A stretch of DNA of 64,000 nt from an uncultured Gammaproteobacteria bacterium (GTDB lineage: Bacteria; Patescibacteriota; Microgenomatia; UBA8517), in the NCBI GenBank assembly GCA_964430475.1, contig CAYSEQ010000003.1, forward strand, positions 23,832 to 87,831, read 5' to 3'. Position 1 is the first letter of the stretch; each line of letters begins with the position of its first letter. The notes beneath the pieces were generated by a model that saw only the letters and a list, made by a program, of their open reading frames with translations, was not told the DNA's origin and ran no database searches. This document shows positions 18,916 to 27,779 of the stretch, in pieces. The position numbers and the translations under genes are program-made.

Positions 18916-21900
18916 TTATTCTATTACCTCTTCAACCTCCATTGGTCCTTTCTCTTCTAACAATTCTGATGTTGCCACAACCTTAGCACCTGATGCCTCG
19001 GCAAGTTCTTCTGCTTCCGGACCCTCTTCAACTTCTTCTTTCGCATAAACTCCACCTTTTGCCTCAATCGCCAATCCCAACGAATTTAACTCTCTTACCA
19101 AAACCTTAAAGCTTTCAGGGACAGTTGCTTCAGGTATGTCATTTCCTTTCACTATTGCCTCAAATGCCCTTGCTCTTCCCACAACATCGTCTGACTTTAA
19201 GGTAAGCATTTCCTGGAGTGTATAAGCTGCTCTATGTGCTTCGAGTGCCCAAACTTCCATCTCGCCAAGCCTTTGTCCACCCATTTGTGCTTTACCACCA
19301 AGGGGTTGCTGAGTTACTAAAGAATAAGGACCTGTAGAGCGAGCATGAGTTTTGTCTTCAACCATATGTTTAAGTTTTAGAATATAACCCACACCAACAA
19401 CAGAATCTTCCTTAAAAGGCTCCCCTGTCTTCCCGTCGTAAAGCCTCGCTTTTCCAGTCACAGGGAGCCCTGCCTTCTTAAGTTCACCAACAATAACTTC
19501 CTCTGGAACTTTGGTAAAAACAGGAACTGCACATTTTAACCCACTTTTAGAAAGCGCCCAACCCAGGTGTGTTTCTAGAAGCTGTCCCAGATTCATTCTT
19601 GCAAGAACACTCAAGGGTGAAATAATAACATCAACTGGGGTGCCGTCCTCCAAGTAAGGCATATCGGAGATAGGCATTATTTTTGCTATAACTCCCTTAT
19701 TCCCATGACGTCCTGCAATCTTATCTCCTACTGTAATCTTCCTAATCTGAGCTACCTTTACAATTATCCTCTTAATCACTCCGGGACCTAACTCGTCTCC
19801 TTTTTCCCTATCCAAAATCTGAACATCCACAACAATCCCCCTTTCTCCATGAGGAACTCTCAAGGAAGTATCTCTAACCTCCCTCGCCTTTTCTCCAAAA
19901 ATCGCTCTTAAAAGTCTTTCTTCAGGAGTTAATTCTGTCTCACCTTTTGGTGCAATCTTCCCAACCAAAATGTCATTCGGACCCACCTCTGCACCAATCA
20001 CCACAATGCCATCCTCTGCTAAATTAGCAAGATCAGTCTCTGCTACATTTGGAATATCCCTGGTAAGCTCTTCGGGTCCGAGCTTCGTATCAACTACATC
20101 TGCCTCATACTCCTCAATATGAATCGAAGTAAGAAGGTCTTCCTTAACCAGGCGGTCGGAAACTAAGATTGCATCTTCAAACCCATACCCCTCAAAAGAA
20201 ATATAAGCGACAAGTAGATTTCTACCCAAAGCTAATTCCCCTTTATCAATTGCTGGCCCATCAGCAAGGACATCTCCTTCTTTAACCTTCTGACCTACTG
20301 AAACTATTACTCTTTGGTTGTAGCATGTAGAGTTTGAGGTTCGTTTAAACTTAGTTAAATAATAAATTTCTTGATCACCGTTCTCGCTAATCTCAACTTC
20401 CTCTGAGTTGTTAATCTTATTTATCTGACTTTCATCCAACTTTCTTTTTAACTTCACAATTACCTTCTCGCTGTCAGCATAAATTACTTCCCCTTCATGG
20501 CGTGCCTTAACAAACCTACCCATCGCTTGAGCAACTTCAGTTTCCATCCCCGTGCCAACGATTGGCGCCTCAGGAGAAATAAGCGGCACTGCTTGACACT
20601 GCATGTTAGCTCCCATCAAAGCCCTATTACCCTCGTCGTGTGAAAGGAAGGGTATAAGAGAGGTTGAAGAACCAACGACCTGGCGAGGCGTTACATCCAC
20701 TAAATCCACTAGTTCCACAGGACCCTCAGTTACCAACCCTTTATATCTGAAAGGGACTCTTTTCTCTAAAATATATCCCCAAGCATCGGTGGCAACATTT
20801 GAGGTAGTAATATGATATTCCTCTTCATCATCCGCAGTAAGATAAACAATTTCATCGGTAATTTTAACCCTAACTTTTTTCTCATCTTTAACCTTAACTA
20901 CTTTTCTGTAAGGTGTCTCAATAAATCCGTACTCGTTAACCCTTGCATAGAGAGCAAGATATGTTACTAGTCCAATATTTGGACCTTCTGGCGTTCTTAC
21001 CGGATCAATCCTTCCGTATTGGGAGGAATTAACATCACGAATAGAAAACGAGGCTCTTTCCCGGCTTATTCCCCCCTGTCCCAAAACCGAAACTCTTCTT
21101 AAGTTATCAATTTCAGATAAGGGATTGGTATCATCCAGTATTTGAGATAACTGGCTTGAACGGAAAAATTCATTCAACGCTGCAATTAATGGTCGGGCGT
21201 TAATAAGGGTTGCAGGCATCACTTTGTCCTCAGGAGAAATTAGACTCATCTTTTCCTTAATCGATCTTTCTAGTCTTAAAAGTCCCACCCTAAAGGCATT
21301 AGTGGCAACTAGTTCTCCAACTCTTCTTAAGCGTCTATTCGCCAAATGGTCAATGTCATCAACACTTCCTTCCCCATTCTGAAGCTTGATGAGATATAAA
21401 AGTGTCTCAACAATATCATTTTTAGTAAGAACCCAATTTGCCTTTTCATTTGGGATATTTATCTTTAAGCGTTTGTTAATTTTAAATCTACCCACCTTTC
21501 CAAGATCGTAACGGCGGGGATCAAAGAAAAGGTTCTTAAGTAAATTTTCAGCATTCTCTAAGATTGCTGGTTCACCCGGGCGCATTTTTCTATAAATCTC
21601 AATAATAGCCTCCTCTCTAGTTTTTGTTGGATCTTTCTCTAGGGTTGCCGAAATGTACTTATGATATTGATCTTTATCAACACCCTCAAACAAGGCCAAT
21701 ATTTCCTCGTCACTTTCTATACCGACAGCCCTAAGAAGAATAGTGGCTAGAACCTTTCTTCTCCTGTCTATACGTGCAGAAATCACGTCATTTCTTTCAA
21801 CCTCAAATTCCAGCCATGAACCCCGCAGTGGCCTAATCTCGGATTTATAAAGCATCCTACCACTTGAGGCGTCAAGATCTCCAGAAAAATAAACACCAGG

Positions 21901-22305
21901 GCTTCGGACAATCTGATTTACAACTACCCTTTCCACCCCGTTTACGATAAATGTGCCACGAGGGGTCATCTGGGGTATATCACCCAAAAAGACTTCCTGG
22001 GTTACTTTCTCGCCAGTTCTTTTATTTATAAGGGTGGCAGTAATTTTCAAGGGAACTGAATAGGTTAAACCTTTTTGTGAAGCAATACGCGGATTGATCT
22101 TTGCTACGTCTAATTCAGGATTTTCTAAAATAAGCTGCCAGTTTTTACCAGTAAAGTCATCAATAGGATTAATTTCTGAAATCTCTTCTGAGATCCCTTC
22201 CCTAATAAACCAATCCCAAGATTCCTTTTGAACACTAGATAAGTCCAATTTTGGAAGAAACTTTTCCTCTTTTTCGAAGCAAATCCTATCGGTTTTAGGC
22301 GACAT
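18916..22305 (-). CDS. rpoB: DNA-directed RNA polymerase subunit beta
   Basis: 1129 aa; conserved beta-subunit blocks; immediately upstream of rpoC. Confidence 0.95.
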   Translation of the reverse strand: MSPKTDRICFEKEEKFLPKLDLSSVQKESWDWFIREGISEEISEINPIDDFTGKNWQLILENPELDVAKINPRIASQKGLTYSVPLKITATLINKRTGEKVTQEVFLGDIPQMTPRGTFIVNGVERVVVNQIVRSPGVYFSGDLDASSGRMLYKSEIRPLRGSWLEFEVERNDVISARIDRRRKVLATILLRAVGIESDEEILALFEGVDKDQYHKYISATLEKDPTKTREEAIIEIYRKMRPGEPAILENAENLLKNLFFDPRRYDLGKVGRFKINKRLKINIPNEKANWVLTKNDIVETLLYLIKLQNGEGSVDDIDHLANRRLRRVGELVATNAFRVGLLRLERSIKEKMSLISPEDKVMPATLINARPLIAALNEFFRSSQLSQILDDTNPLSEIDNLRRVSVLGQGGISRERASFSIRDVNSSQYGRIDPVRTPEGPNIGLVTYLALYARVNEYGFIETPYRKVVKVKDEKKVRVKITDEIVYLTADDEEEYHITTSNVATDAWGYILEKRVPFRYKGLVTEGPVELVDLVDVTPRQVVGSSTSLIPFLSHDEGNRALMGANMQCQAVPLISPEAPIVGTGMETEVAQAMGRFVKARHEGEVIYADSEKVIVKLKRKLDESQINKINNSEEVEISENGDQEIYYLTKFKRTSNSTCYNQRVIVSVGQKVKEGDVLADGPAIDKGELALGRNLLVAYISFEGYGFEDAILVSDRLVKEDLLTSIHIEEYEADVVDTKLGPEELTRDIPNVAETDLANLAEDGIVVIGAEVGPNDILVGKIAPKGETELTPEERLLRAIFGEKAREVRDTSLRVPHGERGIVVDVQILDREKGDELGPGVIKRIIVKVAQIRKITVGDKIAGRHGNKGVIAKIMPISDMPYLEDGTPVDVIISPLSVLARMNLGQLLETHLGWALSKSGLKCAVPVFTKVPEEVIVGELKKAGLPVTGKARLYDGKTGEPFKEDSVVGVGYILKLKHMVEDKTHARSTGPYSLVTQQPLGGKAQMGGQRLGEMEVWALEAHRAAYTLQEMLTLKSDDVVGRARAFEAIVKGNDIPEATVPESFKVLVRELNSLGLAIEAKGGVYAKEEVEEGPEAEELAEASGAKVVATSELLEEKGPMEVEEVIE

Positions 22306-22328
22306 TGGGTATGTTTTTTAAATTCAAA

Positions 22329-22376
22329 GTCCCAGATCTTGTCTGGGACAAAAAAATTTAACGTACTTTTGTACGC
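22329..22376 (-). promoter_or_regulatory. two adjacent hairpins separated by a U-tract in the rpoB 5' leader (candidate attenuator)
   Basis: Seen: GTCCCAGA-tcttg-TCTGGGAC (8-bp stem) and CGTAC-tttt-GTACG. In minus sense the order is hairpin, UUAAAUUUUUUU, hairpin, then 20 nt to the rpoB ATG. Confidence 0.4.
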
Positions 22377-22492
22377 CTATGCTGGATTATAGCTTAGAAA
22401 ATCAAGTTGTCAAGATCCTTGTAGAAACTATGTACATTTTTAGTTACTTACTAAATTTTTAATTCCAAATTCTAGACAAACTACAAATAAAT

Positions 22493-22850
22493 TAAAAGTT
22501 TAAAGTTAAAAGTTGAAAATTAAAGTTCAAAGTTCGAAATTAAAAAATTCTAATTAATAAGTAAGAATTTAGAATTTGGAATTTAAAAAATTTTGTTGTT
22601 TGTCATTTGTAATTTGTTATTTGTTTGTGTTTTGTTATTTGTGATTTGTAATTGTTTAGAATTTAGGATTTGGAATTTTTCTAGGGTTTAGCTTGTCTGC
22701 CACCTAGGCAGAAATTTAGGATTTCTTAATTATTAACCATTAATAGTTGTTTGGAATTTGTGTTTTGGAATTTGTTTGTGTTTTGTGTTTTGTTATTTGT
22801 GATTTGAATTTTTTAGGATTTAGAATTTGGAATTTAAAAAATTGACTTAA
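22493..22850. repeat. complex AT-rich repeat region: (A/T)AAAGTT array, two copies of a ~100-bp TTGT-rich segment each ending TAGAATTTGGAATTTAAAAAATT, with a central palindrome (22696-22712, contains CCTAGG)
   Basis: Direct reading of the 558-bp rpoB-mltG spacer. Confidence 0.6.
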
Positions 22851-22863
22851 GACAAAACATTAA

Positions 22864-23877
22864 TCATTTTCCTAGATATTTTCTTACATTTTCATTGTGC
22901 TCTTCTAATGTCTTTGCGTAGTGAACATTTCCTTGAGGATCATGCAAATAATATAAGTAGTCTGTTTCGATGGGTGATACTACCGCTTCAATTGAAGAAA
23001 GGCCGGGATTTGTAATAGGGTTAGGAGGAAGTCCTGGGTACTTGTAAGTATTATATTGAGAATCCACCTTTAAATCTTCGCGTATCAAAATTGGCCACCA
23101 ATTCTCACAATCTTTGCTCTCTACCTTACACTTTATACTTGCCACTGCATACTGTACTGTAGCATCCGCCTGAAGTGGCATCCCAATCTCTAATCTTTTA
23201 AGAAGGATTCCTGCAACTACACGCCTTTCTTCGTCTTCACGCGCCTCTCTTTCTACAATCGAGGCAAGAATCACCAAATCTCTAAACGAAAGCCGTGAAG
23301 CTGATATTTTGTCTTCTAGTCCCTGTACCTTTTTGGTGAAATTATTCTTTAGCGTAGAAACAACTAAAGATGCATCCGCTTCTCTTGAAAAAAGATAAGT
23401 GTCTGGAAAAAGAAAACCCTCGGAATCCTCCGTTAATGCTAAAAAATCTTGTCTAAATTTATCTTCCTCTTCAGCTTCTTTTGAAAGTCCCTTTATCAAA
23501 CGCTCGACCACTTCTTCTCTTCTTAATCCTTCAGGAATAGTCACCCAAACATCTCTCGGACCTTTTACTAGTTGATCCACAATCTCTATCAAGGAAAGAT
23601 TAGGAGAAAGAGAATATCTGCCTGCTTGGATCTTTCCAGATAAACCCTTTAATTGCACATAAAATTTAAATACTTTCGGGTTTCTTATCAAGCCTTTCTT
23701 ATAAAGTTCTTGGGCTATATTCTCTGCGGTTTGTCCTTTGAGTATTAAGAAATCAAGTCTTTGACTACTTGTCTTAGATACAGCTTCACTCTCGTTTTTC
23801 CACCAGAAATAAGTGCTAAAAGTTCCAACTAAAATAAAGGCAAGGAAAGTTATCAAAAAAAATATAGATTTTTTCAT
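22864..23877 (-). CDS. mltG: endolytic murein transglycosylase MltG (YceG-like)
   Basis: N-terminal TM, then the YceG-family pattern (KIQAGRYSLSPNLSLIEIVDQLVKG...); 337 aa. Confidence 0.75.
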   Translation of the reverse strand: MKKSIFFLITFLAFILVGTFSTYFWWKNESEAVSKTSSQRLDFLILKGQTAENIAQELYKKGLIRNPKVFKFYVQLKGLSGKIQAGRYSLSPNLSLIEIVDQLVKGPRDVWVTIPEGLRREEVVERLIKGLSKEAEEEDKFRQDFLALTEDSEGFLFPDTYLFSREADASLVVSTLKNNFTKKVQGLEDKISASRLSFRDLVILASIVEREAREDEERRVVAGILLKRLEIGMPLQADATVQYAVASIKCKVESKDCENWWPILIREDLKVDSQYNTYKYPGLPPNPITNPGLSSIEAVVSPIETDYLYYLHDPQGNVHYAKTLEEHNENVRKYLGK

Positions 23878-24042
23878 CTTGTTGATTTATTGAAACAATT
23901 TTACCTTATGATTTTAAGGATCGTTGACAAGGCGAAATGTTTCTAAAAATTTAAAAAAGTTTTAAATTAAACAAACTTAGGCCTCAATAAAACTATTGAC
24001 TTTTATCTAAAGTTTAGTGTGAAGTCAAAAAATAAAAATTAA

Positions 24043-24243
24043 TTATACTTCTTCAATAAGAGCTCTACGGTAAGTTTTTGTTTTGGGATTATAAATATAA
24101 ATTCTTCCGCAAGAATGAGTTACTTTAAAGGTGCCATCTTTCCTTTTTTCCCTCTTAGCCTTCGCTAAAGGCTGGCCATCTGCCACACATCTCCCTTGAG
24201 AAATTAGCCACGCCTGAATTGGTGCAATGACATTTTTAAACAT
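24043..24243 (-). CDS. hypothetical small basic protein (66 aa), possible C/H metal-binding
   Basis: ORF only; CVADG...HSCG motif; no family recognised. Confidence 0.3.
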   Translation of the reverse strand: MFKNVIAPIQAWLISQGRCVADGQPLAKAKREKRKDGTFKVTHSCGRIYIYNPKTKTYRRALIEEV

Positions 24244-24284
24244 CTTTTCTTTTAGTATAACATAAATTGAAAACTTCCAAACTA

Positions 24285-24695
24285 TCAGCCTTTCCTTTTT
24301 TTAGCTAACTTTTCGTCCAAATACGATTGAAGAATCAATGCTGCAGAATAAGCGTCCTCAAACTTCTTCCTTTTTTTTCTCCTTATACCAGCCTTGATTG
24401 AAAGCTGCCTTGCTTCATAGGAAGTCAAAGTCTCGTCTTGAAAAACAATCGGAATACGCAATCTCTTTCTAACCTTTTTCCCAAATTCCAGCGTTTCTTT
24501 AGCCATCCTAGCTTCAGAAATCCCTAAAACCAACAAGTCTATTTTCTCCAATTGAATGACATTTCGGATTTTTCTTAGCACATCCTCAAAAGAATAAAAT
24601 CTAAAAACAGTGTAAGGCTGCGCAATTCCAGAATCGCTATCAGCCAAAGCTAGTCCAATTTTCTTTTTTCCAAAATCAACTCCTAATATCTGCAT
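24285..24695 (-). CDS. ruvX: Holliday-junction resolvase-like / pre-16S rRNA nuclease YqgF (RuvX)
   Basis: MQILGVDFGKKKIGLALAD... RNase H-like start typical of YqgF; 136 aa. Confidence 0.8.
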   Translation of the reverse strand: MQILGVDFGKKKIGLALADSDSGIAQPYTVFRFYSFEDVLRKIRNVIQLEKIDLLVLGISEARMAKETLEFGKKVRKRLRIPIVFQDETLTSYEARQLSIKAGIRRKKRKKFEDAYSAALILQSYLDEKLAKKRKG

Positions 24696-25371
24696 TTGCT
24701 TCTGTGGGTCTTGCTAGTCTTGCCCTGACAATTAACCTTTTGGGTTTTCTTGGGTCTCCTGGGGGTGTACAGGTTACCAAAGTTAGGTAGCTATAGCTTG
24801 AATTTTGCTCTAGAATTCCCAACTCTGTGGGTAACACTTCAAACATTTCCTCAACTTCATATTGGTAAGTAACCCCATCAAAATCCACATAGATCAAATC
24901 ACCCTTATCAAGCTTATAAAGAGTTGAGAATATTGAGAGATAATTTTTGGGATTGTAAAAAATTGGTAAAACTGAGTGTCCGAAAATAACTGTATTTCCA
25001 ATTTCTCCTGGGAAACTTGTACCTGCGTATTGGATAAGGCTTTGTGAAAGATCATCTCCGCCCACCTTGACAATTGCACTTTGAATATTTAACCTAGGAA
25101 TTGTAATCGAGTAGTATTTCACCGGGATTGAATTAAAATCCTTCTCACTAAGCCCCTCAAACCAGTTCCTTGCTTGGGTATAGTCTTTTTGGGAAAATTT
25201 AAAACTAGCCTTATCTGCATCTACCAAAGGACTGATAAGTAAAGGGTAGCGGCGAGCGGACTCCCATTCGTAGGAAAAGATAGGATAAAGACTCGAAAAC
25301 AATATAACAACACCTGATAATCCCATAATCACCGCACAAATTCTTAGAATAATCTTCTGTGCCATAACCAA
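24676..25371 (-). CDS. sortase family transpeptidase
   Basis: N-terminal TM; catalytic His (VIFGHSV) and TLVTC Cys motif followed by conserved Arg (RLIVRARL). Confidence 0.7.
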   Translation of the reverse strand: MVMAQKIILRICAVIMGLSGVVILFSSLYPIFSYEWESARRYPLLISPLVDADKASFKFSQKDYTQARNWFEGLSEKDFNSIPVKYYSITIPRLNIQSAIVKVGGDDLSQSLIQYAGTSFPGEIGNTVIFGHSVLPIFYNPKNYLSIFSTLYKLDKGDLIYVDFDGVTYQYEVEEMFEVLPTELGILEQNSSYSYLTLVTCTPPGDPRKPKRLIVRARLARPTEANADIRS

Positions 25372-25376
25372 TTTTG

Positions 25377-27626
25377 CTATTGATTTTCCGCAGTTAATTC
25401 TACCTCAATATTTTTCGCGACATGAGGAAGAGTTTTTAACCTACCGGGAAAGGTAGGCCGAATCCTAATCTCTGCCCTTACAAACCCAGGTACTTCCTTC
25501 TCCAATGTCTCCTCCGCTACATCGATATACCGCCCTCTAACCCTTTCTACTACCTTATCAGTATCAACCTTAGGCAGAAGGTTTGCGGAAACTTTTAATT
25601 TATACTGATACAAATTATCTTTCATAGTTTTTACATCAAAACTGAAATTCATTTGTTCACTCTTGAGGACAAAACCCTCAGGTAATTTTTCCGAAAGCTT
25701 TTCCTGAGAAACTCTGACTAAATCTTCCTTCTTAACAAAAACCCCCTTAACCTTTAAGGTTAAAAGGAGCTTTAAACTAGTAGCTTCATCACCTACCTTA
25801 TTACTAAATTCTTCGGAAGAAGAAGAAACACTAATTGATTCTTCGATAAAAAATTCATCGCTTGATAATTTTTTCAGAAATTCTTGCTTAGCTTTATCTA
25901 AAAGTTCATCTTCCAACTCTTTGCTTAGAAGTTCGCGGTCTTTCTCGGAAACTGCACTTATCTCACGGCTTGAACCGCCACTAAATGCGTTTTCATTTTT
26001 TGCTTCAACATCGTTAGTGGAAAAGTTTGCAACACTAAAACTTGTACCCGAGGCAAGATTGTACTGTGCACCAATGTCTTCAGCCGTAACCGGACCTTTT
26101 GCAGTTCCTGGCGAACTTGCACTCCCACTAGCAACAGTCAATGTCGTATCGAGTATAAAATCAAGGTCATCCGGACCATGAATAATCGTCCCTGTAGGAA
26201 GAGTCAACTCTGGCCCAACCCTATAAAAAGTAACTTCGCCCTTTGCTTTTTCTCCGACGGTTTTTGTACCTGTTGTCTCCCTAGTTCTTTCTCCTGAAAC
26301 CTCTACTTCCTCAATTCTGCCTCCAACAACCAATGCCTCCGAATTTTGGCTTAAGTCTTGAGTATTACTAACTATTATATCAATCTCCTCCTTCAATGAC
26401 CGAGGTGCTACATAAATTGTTATTTCAGCTTTAGGATAAAACCACCAGAACAAAAATCCTAAAGCCATAAAAATAAAAAGGGTTAAAAATCCGTAAAAAA
26501 TGGGTGTTTTTACTGGACCTCTGAAAAGATTTATAGGAAAACTTAGAACTTGCAAAATACCTTCTTTCAACCTTCTCTTTATAGCATTTATTACACCAAC
26601 CAAATAAGACGAGACCTTGGAATTTGAAACCGAAGTGTCTATTTGGGTTTTTGAGCTTGAAAATTCATCTACTTGAAGATAGTCAGGTGAAGGAGGCAAC
26701 TGAGAAACCTCTTCTTCTTTTGCTTGGGATACTGACACATCCTTTTCCAAAACAAAACCCATTTCTTGAGGAGAAACTTTTTCTTCCTCCTCATCTTCTT
26801 TAGGCTTGGCTGTTTCATCAACCCCCACGGAAGCCTCCTCTGGGAAATTCTCTTTGGCTAAACTTATCGAAGTTGCCTTTCCTATTTCCGCCGCACCAGC
26901 AAGTGACACAGCGCTTACCTTATTTATAGGGTCAATAATTTCAACCTTTGGTGTATGAAAAAACTTTAACTTGTCTTGCTCTTCCCACTTTACATTCAAA
27001 ATCATCTGCCTAGCTTCTTCTAATTCTCCTTCCTTGCCGTTGTAAAGCACAAACCTTGAAGGGAGATCTACACCAACAAAACGCGAAAGGCCCTCTATAA
27101 GATCGTCAGCTAAAGATACACTTCTTGCGACATTGCTTGTGCCTACTAAATTTCCAAACTTAAACACAGAGATTTCAATATTGTCTTTATAGACTCCAAT
27201 TATTACTGCATTAACTGCACCACCTTCCTGACTCTTGATAAAGTGAGCTATAGCTTCAGATATAACAACAAATCCTATAGGAGTAAGGGATAGTTCTGAA
27301 CATAAAGACTTTACTTTTTCAAGATATTCTTCCTTGATTTGGTCGCCTGAAATCCAAGATGAGGGAAAACCAAAGACAGCCTTTGATGGTTCACGCTCTT
27401 GTGGTTTGAACTTTTGAATCGCGGAGGATAATGCGGAATCCGCTGCATCTACCAACTCCGGGTCTTCTTGCCAAGGACAGGAATTACTGCTTGCAATAAC
27501 CTGCGTACTATTTTCAAAAATCCTCCATATGCCTGCAGTTACCCAACCTGGCTCAATTATTAATGACCAATAATATTCTTCCGAATCTCCGAAAGATTCT
27601 TTGGGCAGAAATTTTTTAAAATTCAT
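25377..27626 (-). CDS. membrane protein: N-terminal actin-fold (PilM/FtsA-like) cytoplasmic domain, acidic linker, single TM, ~360-aa extracellular domain
   Basis: Hydrophobic patterning of ASKHA strands (LIIEPGWVTAGIW...; GAVNAVIIGVYKDNIEISVF...GTSNV). TM at PIFYGFLTLFIFMALGFLFWWF. No LPXTG at the C-terminus. Confidence 0.45.
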   Translation of the reverse strand: MNFKKFLPKESFGDSEEYYWSLIIEPGWVTAGIWRIFENSTQVIASSNSCPWQEDPELVDAADSALSSAIQKFKPQEREPSKAVFGFPSSWISGDQIKEEYLEKVKSLCSELSLTPIGFVVISEAIAHFIKSQEGGAVNAVIIGVYKDNIEISVFKFGNLVGTSNVARSVSLADDLIEGLSRFVGVDLPSRFVLYNGKEGELEEARQMILNVKWEEQDKLKFFHTPKVEIIDPINKVSAVSLAGAAEIGKATSISLAKENFPEEASVGVDETAKPKEDEEEEKVSPQEMGFVLEKDVSVSQAKEEEVSQLPPSPDYLQVDEFSSSKTQIDTSVSNSKVSSYLVGVINAIKRRLKEGILQVLSFPINLFRGPVKTPIFYGFLTLFIFMALGFLFWWFYPKAEITIYVAPRSLKEEIDIIVSNTQDLSQNSEALVVGGRIEEVEVSGERTRETTGTKTVGEKAKGEVTFYRVGPELTLPTGTIIHGPDDLDFILDTTLTVASGSASSPGTAKGPVTAEDIGAQYNLASGTSFSVANFSTNDVEAKNENAFSGGSSREISAVSEKDRELLSKELEDELLDKAKQEFLKKLSSDEFFIEESISVSSSSEEFSNKVGDEATSLKLLLTLKVKGVFVKKEDLVRVSQEKLSEKLPEGFVLKSEQMNFSFDVKTMKDNLYQYKLKVSANLLPKVDTDKVVERVRGRYIDVAEETLEKEVPGFVRAEIRIRPTFPGRLKTLPHVAKNIEVELTAENQ

Positions 27627-27779
27627 ATCCCTTATTTTTGAGACTAAAAAAATCTATAAACTCCTTTTTAAAATATCCTTTCCTCAAAATCCCAACGGTT
27701 AATTCCTGACTACTTCCTACATCCCACTAAATCCAAAATTCAAAAATTCGGATGCTTAAAGATTATTTATAAACTTCCT

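Noticed and set aside
15687-18986. Several 60-105-aa plus-strand ORFs inside rpoC and rpoB
   Set aside because: They lie antisense within highly conserved polymerase genes and are composition-driven; they are not independent genes.
22493-22850. Possible CRISPR array in the rpoB upstream repeat region
   Set aside because: The repeats are short, imperfect and irregularly spaced, with no unique spacers between identical units and no cas genes nearby. They read as low-complexity duplication rather than repeat-spacer architecture.
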